From: an uncultured Gemmatimonadaceae bacterium
Lineage (GTDB): Bacteria; Gemmatimonadota; Gemmatimonadetes; Gemmatimonadales; Gemmatimonadaceae
Direction of reading: 5' to 3'
NCBI GenBank assembly: GCA_963761305.1
Contig: CAVXGK010000001.1
Location: 448,001 to 512,000, forward strand
DNA length: 64,000 nt
Under the pieces are notes generated by a model that saw only the letters and a list, made by a program, of their open reading frames with translations, was not told the DNA's origin and ran no database searches. Shown one piece after another: positions 20,018-29,638 of this stretch. Made by a program: the position numbers and the translations under genes. The first letter of the stretch is position 1; every line of letters starts with the position of its first letter.

Positions 20018-20776
20018 TTGACACAGGATTTCTACGACCAGCTCGCGCCGTACTACCACCTCCTGTATCCCGACTGGGAGGCGAGTATCGTGCGCCAGAG
20101 CCGCGGCCTCGCTGCCGTGCTCAGTGAGTTCGGTGTCCCGACCGGGAGCGTGATCCTCGATGCCGCGTGTGGCATCGGGACGCAGGCGCTGGGCCTCGCG
20201 CAACTTGGCTATCGAGTCACCGCGTCCGATCTGTCTCCTGGGGCGATCGCTCGGGCGCGAGTGGAAGCGAGCGAACGCCGGCTCCCGATTTCGTTCGCGG
20301 TCGCCGATCTGCGGCGTCTCTCGCAACGACTCCCGCCTGGTTTCGCCGCCGTCCTTGCCTGCGACAACGCGATTCCGCATTTGCTGTCCGATGATGAGAT
20401 TCGTACCGCGTTCACCGAGTGCCGGCGCGTGCTCGCGCCGGGCGGAGTCTTCCTCGTTTCAGTGCGCGACTATGCGGCGATCGAGCGCCGAACGCCCGAT
20501 CGCCGACCCTATGGAGCCCGCACGGAGGGCGGCTGCGAGTACACCGCAGAGCAAATCTGGACGTGGGACGGCGATCAGTACGATCTCGCGCTGCGTCTCA
20601 CCGAACGATGCGGCGCAACGGCGCCGATCGTGCACGAATTTCATAGTCGTTACTATGCCGTAGCGTTGCCCACGTTGGAGCGGCTGCTCGGTGAGGCAGG
20701 GTTTGGCTCCGTGGTGCGACGCGACGAGCACTTCTTTCAACCGTTGCTCGTTTGCAAGGACCGCGGCTCGGGATAG
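20018..20776 (+). CDS. Class I SAM-dependent methyltransferase
   Basis: VILDAACGIGTQ motif I, VTASDLS, DNAIPHL, VLAPGGVFL. Confidence 0.9.
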   Translation: MTQDFYDQLAPYYHLLYPDWEASIVRQSRGLAAVLSEFGVPTGSVILDAACGIGTQALGLAQLGYRVTASDLSPGAIARARVEASERRLPISFAVADLRRLSQRLPPGFAAVLACDNAIPHLLSDDEIRTAFTECRRVLAPGGVFLVSVRDYAAIERRTPDRRPYGARTEGGCEYTAEQIWTWDGDQYDLALRLTERCGATAPIVHEFHSRYYAVALPTLERLLGEAGFGSVVRRDEHFFQPLLVCKDRGSG

Positions 20777-20887
20777 GTTCTTCGCCGTGCGATCGGCGCG
20801 AGAACGAGTCGGCTTCGCGCCAGCCCGCGCGTTGAGACCGTTGACAGGGCGTTTCGCGTTCTAGCATCTCGTTGATCGGAGGCGTGC

Positions 20888-21421
20888 ATGTTCGTCCGGG
20901 TGCTTTCGCTCGCGATCGCAGCCTTTGCTCCAGCCACATCGCGCCCTCTCGTGCGCTGCGAAATCGGCACCGGCGCCACTACTCCGCTGCCGCCGGACTC
21001 CGTCCTTGCCTCCCGCCTCATCGCCGATGCGGCCGTCATCGTTCGTGCCCGAGCTGTCGAGGCGGACAGCTCAGCCTCATTCGGCGCGACCGTCTCGGCG
21101 GCACGCGTGCGTTTCGAGCGCCTCGAGATCCTCAAGGCGACCGACTCGCTCCCGCGCTTCCTCATGGTGAATCCTGCCGCTCTCATCGATGAGGATGAAT
21201 TCAATCCGCAGCCGGTGCCATACGCGACCGTTCGCCCTTCGGGGCGCCGGGGAACGTGCTACGCGACCACGTATCGGCGAGGCGCTGAATACCTCCTGTT
21301 CATGAGTCGCCAGCCGGACGGAATCCTGACACCGTATTGGGCGCCGTTGATGCCCACCAATGAACAGCTTCACGGCGGCGCGGACCCGTGGCTGCTGTGG
21401 GTGCGCGCGCATCGGCGCTAA
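20888..21421 (+). CDS. Secreted hypothetical protein
   Basis: GGAGG SD, signal peptide, YRRGAEYLLF; its stop lies within CTAAC. Confidence 0.7.
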   Translation: MFVRVLSLAIAAFAPATSRPLVRCEIGTGATTPLPPDSVLASRLIADAAVIVRARAVEADSSASFGATVSAARVRFERLEILKATDSLPRFLMVNPAALIDEDEFNPQPVPYATVRPSGRRGTCYATTYRRGAEYLLFMSRQPDGILTPYWAPLMPTNEQLHGGADPWLLWVRAHRR

Positions 21422-21643
21422 CGAGCGATCGGTCGGGCCCGGGCGCGCGAGTGCCTTGGCGCATACCTGTTCACGTACAGTTTCCAGGCTCGCCCGTTCT
21501 ACGAACGCGCCGGGTATCGGGCGTTCGGCGAACTTCCCGACCATCCGCCCGGCCAGACGAAGTACTATCTCGCCAAGCGGTTCGTGGAGGGAGTCCCGCC
21601 TGCGGCATCGAACGCTCGAGCTGCCAGGCGCCGCATCCAGTAG
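21422..21643 (+). pseudogene. Headless C-terminal fragment of a GNAT acetyltransferase
   Basis: Translates ARARECLGAYLFTYSFQARPFYERAGYRAFGELPDHPPGQTKYYLAKRF; no start codon, so it is absent from the ORF track. Confidence 0.8.
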
Positions 21644-21770
21644 TCGCGGTCGCCTACGCTGGCGCTCGAGCCACGTCTGCCGCCGCCCGAGCGAACATGT
21701 TGCATATCCGAGTCACTGCGGCTAACGCCACGCCGCTGCGAAACAAGCGCTGCAGAGACGGGAGTCGTCA

Positions 21771-22217
21771 ATGAGCAACGTCCAAATCGAACAGAAGAGC
21801 TACGAGATGCCCCCGCGAGACGGGATCAGCATTGCGCATTTTCTCACCGTGAAGGACATCGAGCGATCGGCTCGCTACTACGAGACAGTCTTCGGCGCTC
21901 GGATTCTGAGCCTCGGCGACGGCAACGCGCCTGCGTATCTTCAGCTCGCCAATATCTGGATGATTCTGAACGTCGGCGGCGGGCCGACGCCGGATAAGCC
22001 CACGGTAACGCTCGGCGTCCCCGATCCGGATCACATAAGCAGCTTCATGAATTTCCGGGTTGCGGATATTCAAAGCTGTTATGAGTTATGGAAGAGCCGA
22101 GGGGCCGAGTTCATCACGGAACCGATCCCCAAGTACGGCGAGACGCGCTGCTACATCCGCGATCCCGACGGGTATCTGATCGAGGTCGGACAGAGCACCG
22201 ACCTCACGTACGGCTGA
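21771..22217 (+). CDS. VOC/glyoxalase family protein
   Basis: LTVKDIERSARYYETVFG and YIRDPDGYLIEV. Confidence 0.9.
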   Translation: MSNVQIEQKSYEMPPRDGISIAHFLTVKDIERSARYYETVFGARILSLGDGNAPAYLQLANIWMILNVGGGPTPDKPTVTLGVPDPDHISSFMNFRVADIQSCYELWKSRGAEFITEPIPKYGETRCYIRDPDGYLIEVGQSTDLTYG

Positions 22218-22698
22218 CGCCCGAGCCCCCCGACTGGTTCCGCTTCTCGCGGTCGGTGAGCTCGGCCTTGGCGGTGTCCCCGCGGATCTCCGGCACTTCT
22301 CGCCTTGCCGCTCGCCTGGCCACCGCGAGCGAACCAGAGGCGCAGGCCGCGGAAGCAAGGGCGAGCGTGGGGGCAACCGCCAGCACGTCTCCCCAACCAA
22401 GCGACGCGAGTTTGGCGAAGAGGGCCGACAGCAGAAGACCGCCCATGGCACCCCACGCCGCAAAGCGCGGGAGCGACATCTGATCGAATCTTCGACGGCC
22501 CTCGGTCAGCACGAGAACTCCGGAGAATGTGACTCCGGCAATGAGGCCAAGTACACCGAAGATGAGCGGGAATGGGGCGTCGGCATTGAAGCCAAACACC
22601 CAACGCGGCACGAGGCCCACGGCGGACCATGCTGCTGCCCACGTGACACCCATCCCGAATGCCCCGCGAATGCGTCGCAGCCAATCCCGCACCGTCAC
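22204..22698 (-). CDS. Hypothetical membrane protein
   Basis: WLRRIRGAFGMGVTWAAAW followed by about four TM segments; start uncertain (22692 or 22698). Confidence 0.65.
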   Translation of the reverse strand: MTVRDWLRRIRGAFGMGVTWAAAWSAVGLVPRWVFGFNADAPFPLIFGVLGLIAGVTFSGVLVLTEGRRRFDQMSLPRFAAWGAMGGLLLSALFAKLASLGWGDVLAVAPTLALASAACASGSLAVARRAARREVPEIRGDTAKAELTDREKRNQSGGSGVSRT

Positions 22699-22787
22699 CC
22701 CGACCGTAGCGCCCAGTCTCTGCAAGCGCTGGGCGTCAAGTTCTTTGTGACGTAAAGTACCCTCTCAGGCGGTCGGGATTCAAGCGC

Positions 22788-22885
22788 GAACATCGAAACG
22801 CTGAAGCTGGCGTGGGACCTTTATTGATTGCTCGCCGCGCCGGATTTTATTTTGACTCGTGGGGAGCCTCGCTCGGGGTAGCCCG
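22788..22885 (+). mobile_element. Degenerate attC-like site
   Basis: Shares CTG(A/G)AGCTGG and TATTT(T)GACTCG with the element at 23346-23448, and CATCGAA(A)CGCT..AGCTG with 21606-21623. Confidence 0.55.
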
Positions 22886-22897
22886 CAACATCTGGCT

Positions 22898-23335
22898 ATG
22901 TACACCATTCGTCCCGCGACCACCGCCGACGCGGCCTTCCTCTACGAACTGCATGTCTCCGCCATGCGCGCCGTCATTACCGCGACGTGGGGATGGGACG
23001 AGCCCTGGCAACAGCGGCATTTCGCCGCGCGATTCGCGCCGGAGACGATCCAAATCATCCAGGTTGCCGGCGAGTCCGCGGGCATGCTCGAACTCGAGAA
23101 CAGCCAGACGGAGTTCTTCGTTGGCAACTTGAAGCTCCTGCCGGCTGTACAAGGCCGTGGGCTTGGAACTGCCGTATTGCGCGACGTCCTCGCCATCGCG
23201 ACTCAGGAGAACCTGCGTGTATGACTGCAGGTCCTCGAGGCCAACCTACGTGCGCGGCGCTTCTACGAGCGGCTCGGCTTCGTCGTCACAGGCGGCGTCT
23301 CGCCCCACATCCAGATGTCGGCTTCGGTGCGCTGA
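22898..23335 (+). pseudogene. GNAT acetyltransferase with an in-frame TGA at 23222-23224
   Basis: QGRGLGTAVL motif A before the stop; LQVLEANLRARRFYERLGF continues in the same frame after it. Confidence 0.85.
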
Positions 23336-23345
23336 ACAGCGCGGC

Positions 23346-23448
23346 GCCTAAACGAGCTCTGGAGCTGGAAAGCGATCTGCGGTTGTTGCGCGGCCTCAGG
23401 CCGCGCTTCTTATTTGACTCGCTTGCAGCCCAGCTGACGCGTCGTGCC
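23346..23448 (+). mobile_element. attC-like site (best preserved; right core eroded)
   Basis: Begins GCCTAAAC; nested inverted repeats CTGGAGCTG/CAGCCCAG, AAGCGA/TCGCTT and GCGCGGCC/GGCCGCGC; ends GTCGTGC where GTTAGGC is expected. Confidence 0.65.
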
Positions 23449-23474
23449 GGGCCCCGTCTCGACGGAGAAATGAC

Positions 23475-23960
23475 ATGGTCAAGCCGTCAAAGAACACGAT
23501 TTGCCTCTGGTACAATGGCGGCGCCGAGGAAGCGGCGAGGTTTTACGCCAAGACGTTTCCCGATTCGTCCGTTGGCGCCGTGCACCGTGCGCCGGGCGAC
23601 TTTCCGTCGGGAAAGAAAGGGGACGTGTTGACCGTCGAGTTTACCGTGATGGGCATACCGTGTCTCGGACTCAACGGGGGGCCGGCGTTCAAGCACAACG
23701 AAGCGTTCTCGTTCCAGGTCGCAACCGCTGACCAGGCCGAAACGGATCGCTATTGGAACGCGATTGTCGGTAACGGCGGCGAGGAAAGCGCGTGCGGCTG
23801 GTGCAAGGACAGATGGGGCTTGTCGTGGCAGATCACGCCGATCGCGCTGACGAAAGCGATCACCGATCCCAATCCCGCTGCCGCCAAGCGCGCGTTCGAC
23901 GCGATGATGCCGATGAAAAAGATCGACATCGCCGTAATCGAAGCGGCGCGTCGCGGCTGA
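23475..23960 (+). CDS. VOC family protein (PhnB/3-demethylubiquinone-9 3-methyltransferase-like)
   Basis: KNTICLWY...AEEAARFY, LNGGPAFKHNEAFSFQV, CGWCKDRWGLSWQI. Confidence 0.92.
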   Translation: MVKPSKNTICLWYNGGAEEAARFYAKTFPDSSVGAVHRAPGDFPSGKKGDVLTVEFTVMGIPCLGLNGGPAFKHNEAFSFQVATADQAETDRYWNAIVGNGGEESACGWCKDRWGLSWQITPIALTKAITDPNPAAAKRAFDAMMPMKKIDIAVIEAARRG

Positions 23961-24007
23961 ATGTGCGAACGTTGTGCGCTCGCGTCAGGCCGATGCATTT
24001 GGCTTCG

Positions 24008-24421
24008 ATGAGAATCGCAGTCTTAGGTAGCTTCCTCGCTGCCACGGGCGGTGCGTTGGCGTGCACGCGCCACGTTCCGCTCTCCAGTCCCTCGACCAGC
24101 CTGGCGCTTCGGATCGTCGACTCGAGCCGTACCGGCGCGGCGCTTGTCGCGGTACGCCTCCGGTTGATCGGGCCCCTCCCGCTGACGGACACCGTTGCCT
24201 GCAGCGACTCGACCAGACAAGCCGTTCTGTGGTTGGCAAGCGTGCGGCCCGGGCGCTACCAGCTCGTCCTGAACCGGATCGGATACGAAGGTCGGTCGGT
24301 ACTGGTCGACGTGGCCCAACGACAGACCGACACGGTCACCGTCGGCTTGAGGTTTCTCACGCGTGATCTCGAAGAAAGAGTTCGAACGTCGCCGACCAGC
24401 CCTCGCTGCCGCACGGCCTAG
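24008..24421 (+). CDS. Hypothetical lipoprotein with carboxypeptidase-regulatory-like domain
   Basis: ALAC lipobox; IVDSSRTGAAL...VRPGRYQLVLNRIGYE pattern; start 23993 or 24008. Confidence 0.6.
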   Translation: MRIAVLGSFLAATGGALACTRHVPLSSPSTSLALRIVDSSRTGAALVAVRLRLIGPLPLTDTVACSDSTRQAVLWLASVRPGRYQLVLNRIGYEGRSVLVDVAQRQTDTVTVGLRFLTRDLEERVRTSPTSPRCRTA

Positions 24422-24472
24422 CGAACGTTGACGCCGCTAAACGAACGATTGGGGGATGATCCCCGACCTTCA

Positions 24473-25360
24473 ATGCGCACTTCACCGGCGAACGCGGTGC
24501 TCGTCACAGGGGCGACGGGGCGTGTGGGACGCCTCGTCGTCGACGAGCTTCTCCGTGCCGGCGTGCCCGTGCGCGCGCTCACGCGTCGGCCGGAACTGGC
24601 GGCACTTCCCGCCGGCGTCGAAGTCGTAGCGGGAGATCTCACCGTTCCCGCGTCGCTCGATGCCGCCTTGCACGGAGTTGAATCAGCATTCCTCGTCTGG
24701 ACTGCGCCGCTGGCCAGCGCCGCGGCGGCCGTCGCGCGGTTCGCGGCGCATCACTCAGAACAGCCTCGGCGCGTGGTCTATCTCTCGGCGCCACACCAAA
24801 CGCCGCACCCGTTCTTCCAACAACCGAACCCGTTGCGCGATCTTCACGCCGGGGTCGAGCGCTTGCTCGCCGACGCCACGCTCGACACCGTTGTCCTCCG
24901 GCCGGGGATGTTCGCCTCGAACGCGCTTCACTGGTGGGCACCGCAGATTCGGAATGGCGACGTGGTGCGCTGGCCGTACGGTGCCGCCGAGACGGCACCG
25001 GTCGATGAGCGCGACATCGCCGCCGTGGCCGCGCGCGCGCTGCTCGACGTGCGACACGCCGGCGGCGACTACGTGCTGACGGGCCCAGAGTCTCTCAGCC
25101 AGGCGGCACAGGTACATGCGATCGGCGACGCCATCGGCCGACCATTGCGATTCGATGAGCGGACGCCAGACGAGTTCCGTAAAACGGCTGCGGCGTGGCC
25201 GGCCGCCGCGGAGATGCTGCTGTCCGCGTGGCAGGCGACGCTCGCACATCCGGCGTTCGTGACATCCGCGATTCAAGAGATTCTCGAATCACCTCCACGA
25301 ACCTTCTTCCAATGGGCCGCCGACAACGCGGCAGCATTCAGCGGCCCCGCGCGCAGCTAA
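24473..25360 (+). CDS. NmrA-like NAD(P)H-binding protein
   Basis: VLVTGATGRVG, LRPGMFASN, PVDERDIAAVAA, YVLTGPESLS. Confidence 0.9.
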   Translation: MRTSPANAVLVTGATGRVGRLVVDELLRAGVPVRALTRRPELAALPAGVEVVAGDLTVPASLDAALHGVESAFLVWTAPLASAAAAVARFAAHHSEQPRRVVYLSAPHQTPHPFFQQPNPLRDLHAGVERLLADATLDTVVLRPGMFASNALHWWAPQIRNGDVVRWPYGAAETAPVDERDIAAVAARALLDVRHAGGDYVLTGPESLSQAAQVHAIGDAIGRPLRFDERTPDEFRKTAAAWPAAAEMLLSAWQATLAHPAFVTSAIQEILESPPRTFFQWAADNAAAFSGPARS

Positions 25361-25375
25361 CGATCGTTGCAATTC

Positions 25376-25406
25376 GTCTACCGGTCTACCGGTCTACCGG
25401 TCCACC
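25376..25406. repeat. 8-bp tandem repeat (GTCTACCG)x3 plus a variant
   Basis: Directly visible between convergent genes. Confidence 0.85.
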
Positions 25407-25413
25407 ACCGGAC

Positions 25414-26493
25414 TCAGGGCGATCGGTACGTCAACGCCAGAACGGCAAAGCCGGTCGCGGCGTCGCTCATGAAATTCGCCGCGGCGGTCGTAGGATCACG
25501 TTGGCGATTGAGCGACGTCGCGGTCCACTTCCCGGTTGCGCGATCCTGGTGTTCTGTGAGCCACACGAGTGCACGCGCGAGATGCGGCTCGTTGATCGCT
25601 GAGCCGGCGCGTTGCAGCGCGAACGCCGCGACGCCGGTCGCGTACCCGTCGCTGAGCGTATCCAGGGTCGTTCCGTCGGTTCGTTTCCAATCGCCGAGCC
25701 GACCGAGCGCCCACCCACCGTCGGCATTCTGCGTGGCGAGCAGTGAAGCCACGATCGCACGGCGTTCATCAGTCGTGAGCAGGTCGGGCAGCGCCGAGCC
25801 GGCCCAGAGCAGCACCGCGCGATTGAACACGCTCTGCGACGCGACGTCCTGACGGAGAAACGTGCGCAGCGCGCCGACGCGATCTTGAATGTCCGAGCGT
25901 GACGCGTAGCCGCCGGGCTCGGTTCCGACGGCGACCGCGGCCAGTGTCGCGCCGAAGTACGCTGCGTCGTCGGCTTCCCAGGGCTCGAGATGGAAGTTGA
26001 GCCACGCCCACGAACCCGCCGGCTTTCCGCGCCGGAACTGCAACGCCCACAAGTTGTCGAACGCGGTGCGCGCCTCGTCGCTCGGTTTGCCGGCGGCGGC
26101 GTCGCGGGTCGCGAGGACCAGCGCATTCAATACCGCCTCGGTGCCGCGCGACTCGCTCGTCTTCGGCAGGCCGTTGGTCTGATCCGGATAGAAGGGCTCG
26201 ACGTCGCGCCACATCACCACACGCTTCACGACGTCGTCCATGAGTTTGTGTTCGGGGCTCGTCGGCTCGGGTTCGCCGAGCGCAGCCCGCAGCGACGGAC
26301 GGGCGAGCGCGTACGGCAGCGCGGTGTGACACGACACGCAAGCGGTCTGATGATCACGCGCCGCGTTGGGCCACGCCGACCACCACGTCTGGCGCGCGTC
26401 GAGATACGCCGCGGCGCCGCGCATGTCCCATCCCTGCGCAGTCGCGGCGCGAGCGATCACAGTTAGCGCAAGAATGCCGGCGGTAGGTCGCAT
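25414..26493 (-). CDS. Secreted prenyltransferase/squalene-hopene-cyclase-repeat protein with a CxxCH motif
   Basis: Signal peptide, CVSCHT, QW-like repeats (TQNADGGW, EHQDRATGKW), SDGYATG. Confidence 0.75.
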   Translation of the reverse strand: MRPTAGILALTVIARAATAQGWDMRGAAAYLDARQTWWSAWPNAARDHQTACVSCHTALPYALARPSLRAALGEPEPTSPEHKLMDDVVKRVVMWRDVEPFYPDQTNGLPKTSESRGTEAVLNALVLATRDAAAGKPSDEARTAFDNLWALQFRRGKPAGSWAWLNFHLEPWEADDAAYFGATLAAVAVGTEPGGYASRSDIQDRVGALRTFLRQDVASQSVFNRAVLLWAGSALPDLLTTDERRAIVASLLATQNADGGWALGRLGDWKRTDGTTLDTLSDGYATGVAAFALQRAGSAINEPHLARALVWLTEHQDRATGKWTATSLNRQRDPTTAAANFMSDAATGFAVLALTYRSP

Positions 26494-26606
26494 GGCTGCA
26501 TAGCATGCGCGACCCGCGTTCGCTCGACAAGGCCCTCACAACACGAAATTGTGACACGGCCCGCGGCGGGCTTTCTGCGGAGGACTACATTCAGTGATGC
26601 GTCGAC

Positions 26607-27428
26607 GTGAGCCTCGGGGGGGGCGTGTCTGACCACTTGAACCCGTCGCACCAGGAGGCAGGGTCGTCGCGCGCTCGCGCCACCGTTACGCAGCGGATTC
26701 GCGCGTGGCTCGGCCGGCGCCTGGTCGACCGGCTGCGCTGGACCGACGGTCCCGTGCACGTCGCCTACCACCCCGACGTCGCGTACGAGAGAGACGAGCT
26801 CCCGGAGTTCCGCGCGCTGTACGAGTCGTGGATCGCCGGCAACCGGCGGTGCAACGGCGGCGATCTCACGCGCCTGTACGCCTTCATCCTCAACATCAAG
26901 CAATGCCTCGCCGACGGCGTGGCGGGCGACTTCGCCGAGGTCGGCGTGTGGCGCGGCAACTCGGCCGCGACGCTCGCGCACTTCGCCGCGCGACACGACC
27001 GGCATCTCTATCTCTTCGACACGTTCACCGGGTTCGACGCGCGCGATCTTCGCGACATCGACGGCCATCGCGCGGCCGAGTTCGAGAACACGTCGCTCGA
27101 CGCCGTGCGGCGAGTCGTCGGCAACGACGCGCACACCACGTACGTGCCCGGGTATTTTCCTGAGTCGGTGACACAGGCCGCGGAGCGCGCTACCTACGCC
27201 ATCGTGCACGTCGACTGCGATCTGTATGCGCCGACCAAGGCGGCGCTTGATTTCTTCTATCCTCGCATGCCGCGCGGCGGGATCTTCTTTCTCCACGACT
27301 ACGCGTCGGGAGTCTGGCCCGGCGTGACGTGCGCGATCGACGAGTTTCGCGCCGCGACCGGTGAGTCGCTCGTGCTCTTGCCGGACAAATCCGGCACGAC
27401 GATCATCCGCAAGACGCGATCGACATGA
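26607..27428 (+). CDS. TylF/MycF/NovP-type O-methyltransferase
   Basis: GDFAEVGVWRGNS, YLFDTFTGF, VHVDCDLY, LHDY; start uncertain. Confidence 0.88.
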   Translation: MSLGGGVSDHLNPSHQEAGSSRARATVTQRIRAWLGRRLVDRLRWTDGPVHVAYHPDVAYERDELPEFRALYESWIAGNRRCNGGDLTRLYAFILNIKQCLADGVAGDFAEVGVWRGNSAATLAHFAARHDRHLYLFDTFTGFDARDLRDIDGHRAAEFENTSLDAVRRVVGNDAHTTYVPGYFPESVTQAAERATYAIVHVDCDLYAPTKAALDFFYPRMPRGGIFFLHDYASGVWPGVTCAIDEFRAATGESLVLLPDKSGTTIIRKTRST

Positions 27429-27489
27429 CGACACGCCGTCGAACGTGTCACCCAATGAACGCTGATGCGTTGACCGTTCAGGAGTGCAG

Positions 27490-27840
27490 ATGATTTGTCG
27501 CGTGTGGCACGGATGGACCAGTCATGCAAATGCCGACAAATATGAGAGCCTTCTGCGCGAGGAAGTCTTCCGCGGAATCGCCGGCCGCTCGATCGCCGGC
27601 TATCACGGCATCGAGCTGCTTCGGCGAGCGTCGGGCGACGAAGTGGAGTTCGTGACGATGATGTGGTTCGAGTCGCTCGACGCGGTGCGGACGTTTGCGG
27701 GGCCAACGTACGAGCAAGCGGTCGTGCCACCGGCCGCCCGTGCCGTTCTGAGCCGCTTCGATGCACGATCGGCCCACTACGAAGTCAGAGTCCCGCGCGA
27801 AGCGCCGGCACCGATCGCGCGAGAGGCTGCCGGACCGTGA
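27490..27840 (+). CDS. Antibiotic biosynthesis monooxygenase-like (dimeric alpha-beta barrel) protein
   Basis: MICRVWHGWT...ADKYE...WFESLDAVRTFAG..YEQAVVP. Confidence 0.85.
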   Translation: MICRVWHGWTSHANADKYESLLREEVFRGIAGRSIAGYHGIELLRRASGDEVEFVTMMWFESLDAVRTFAGPTYEQAVVPPAARAVLSRFDARSAHYEVRVPREAPAPIAREAAGP

Positions 27841-27873
27841 CCACTATTGGGCCGGCCACTTCGGCGCAGCGCC

Positions 27874-29496
27874 TCAAGAGGTCTGCTCCCGCTGCCGCTC
27901 CGCCTCTTCCAGCCACTGCACCATTTTCTCGTCCTTCGCCGCGTACCGTGCCCACCCCTTCGCGGTGGCGTTCCAACGATAGTCTTTGATGCTCATGTCG
28001 ATGCCGCGGTCGATGAGGAATCGCATCGACTCGTAGTTCCCCGGATTTTCGCCGGTCCCGACCTGTCCCACCAGCTCGTGCAGGATGCTCGCCGGCTCGT
28101 GCGAACTCCACCTGGTGTTGATGTCCGCCCCGTGCGCGAGGAGGAAGTCCGCCACCTCGAACTGGCGGTTGATGACGGACCACGCGAGCGCCGTGTCGAG
28201 AACCGCCTGCACACGCGACGTGCTCCACGCGTAGTCAATTCCCGTGTGTGTGTTGTAGGGGAAGTGATGGTCGAGATCGCCCAGCGCCGGCGAACCTGAT
28301 TTATCGAACCACTGTTTCACGCGCGCGAGGTTCCCCATGGCTGCCGCATGCGGCAGATCGTCCGGCAATGGCCAGATGCGAGTGAGGAGCGGGATGAGGT
28401 GCAGCCTCGCGTAGGTGATCGCGAATTCGATGGCCCCCGACGGCTGCGGCGGCTGGCGTCTGCCAACCGCGGGATCGAGATCGAGAAGGGCCTCGATGAA
28501 TTCGCCGCGATCCCGCATCGTGGCCCGCTCAATGAGTCCCGCTTGAAACGGCGCATTCGCTTCGCCAAGCAGCCACGTCTCGCGTTTCAGCCGGCTGACG
28601 AACGCCGTCAGATCGCCATCCTCGATCGCGCGCATGACCTGGTCCATGAGTAAGGCCTGCCATGGTCCGTTCGGCGCCGCGTGCGCGAAGTCGAGCGTTC
28701 GGTTTCCGATGAAGTACCTGACGAATGCGGGGCGTCCAACGCTTTCGTCGACGTGCGTGCCGAGCTCGGGATCGAGAGCGATGGCCCGGTCGAGGAGGAG
28801 GGACGCGACGGTCTCATGGTGAAATCGGCACGCGCACACGAACGCGTCGTTGACGACGGTCAAATCGCTTCCCTCTCGAGCGAGAGATGCGCGAACCGCG
28901 TCGAGATCACCAAGCGCCGAAAAGAATTTGAGCGTGTGCGGAAGCAAACCCTTCCGGCGAAACAGCTCGAGCATTCCCCTGGCGCGCGATGCGAGAATTC
29001 CGTCGCAGACGACGGGCATCACTACCGCGCCGGCGCCGATCAACAGTTCCGCGCACGCCGCGCGCGTGAACGCCTGTTCTCTGTTCGCGTCGAACGCATC
29101 GCCGTACGCACCCGTGGCCATTCCCAGCAGACCGCCGTCGCCGGCCTGACCGGTCCACGAAAGCAGCGCCGGATGTTCGGCCAGCAGTTGCTTCATGCCC
29201 TCGACATCGTTGTCGTGAATGGCGCGTCGAGCCTGTGCGACCGCCGACTCCAGACCGCTGCCGAGTCGTTCGCTCACCGCGGCCTGGAGATCTTGCCATC
29301 CGGGGTAGCCGTACTCACGCGCGATCACCAGTTGCGCGTTGCGCTGCGTGAGCGGCAGGCCGAGGGTTGGCAGATGCGCCCGGGCACGCGCGAGCGCACC
29401 GGCGTCACCGGCCGCGATGTCTCGCGCGAGTTTCTTCGCTTGTTTCTTGAGGGACTCGAGCGACGGGCGAGCGGGGAGCGACTTCGACGCACTCAT
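27874..29496 (-). CDS. Ankyrin-repeat protein with N-terminal LPARP/AREYG helical domain
   Basis: LPARPSLESLKKQAKKL...AQLVIAREYGYPGW; ankyrin-like FLLAHGADIN and FLIDRGIDM; strong SD AAAGGAGG. Confidence 0.85.
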   Translation of the reverse strand: MSASKSLPARPSLESLKKQAKKLARDIAAGDAGALARARAHLPTLGLPLTQRNAQLVIAREYGYPGWQDLQAAVSERLGSGLESAVAQARRAIHDNDVEGMKQLLAEHPALLSWTGQAGDGGLLGMATGAYGDAFDANREQAFTRAACAELLIGAGAVVMPVVCDGILASRARGMLELFRRKGLLPHTLKFFSALGDLDAVRASLAREGSDLTVVNDAFVCACRFHHETVASLLLDRAIALDPELGTHVDESVGRPAFVRYFIGNRTLDFAHAAPNGPWQALLMDQVMRAIEDGDLTAFVSRLKRETWLLGEANAPFQAGLIERATMRDRGEFIEALLDLDPAVGRRQPPQPSGAIEFAITYARLHLIPLLTRIWPLPDDLPHAAAMGNLARVKQWFDKSGSPALGDLDHHFPYNTHTGIDYAWSTSRVQAVLDTALAWSVINRQFEVADFLLAHGADINTRWSSHEPASILHELVGQVGTGENPGNYESMRFLIDRGIDMSIKDYRWNATAKGWARYAAKDEKMVQWLEEAERQREQTS

Positions 29497-29635
29497 GGCA
29501 GCCTCCTTTCATGAATCGCCTGTGCCCCGCTGAAGCCAGGCTGAAAGAAGGTGCACAACGCACGCGACTTTGAAACCAATCAGGTGGGAATTATTCCCTT
29601 GCCGCGGGTTGGTGGCGCCCTGTCAGCGCGCTGCC
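29497..29635 (-). ncRNA. Candidate structured cis-regulatory 5' leader
   Basis: Anti-SD CCUUCUUUCA can pair with UGAAAGGAGG, enclosing GCCUG/CAGGC and GCUUC/GGGGC; separate GGGAA/UUCCC hairpin at 29586-29598. Confidence 0.6.
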
Positions 29636-29638
29636 CGC

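Noticed and set aside
23222..23224. In-frame TGA as selenocysteine or programmed readthrough
   Set aside because: The position is not a catalytic Cys site in GNATs and no convincing SECIS-like hairpin follows; a nonsense mutation is simpler.
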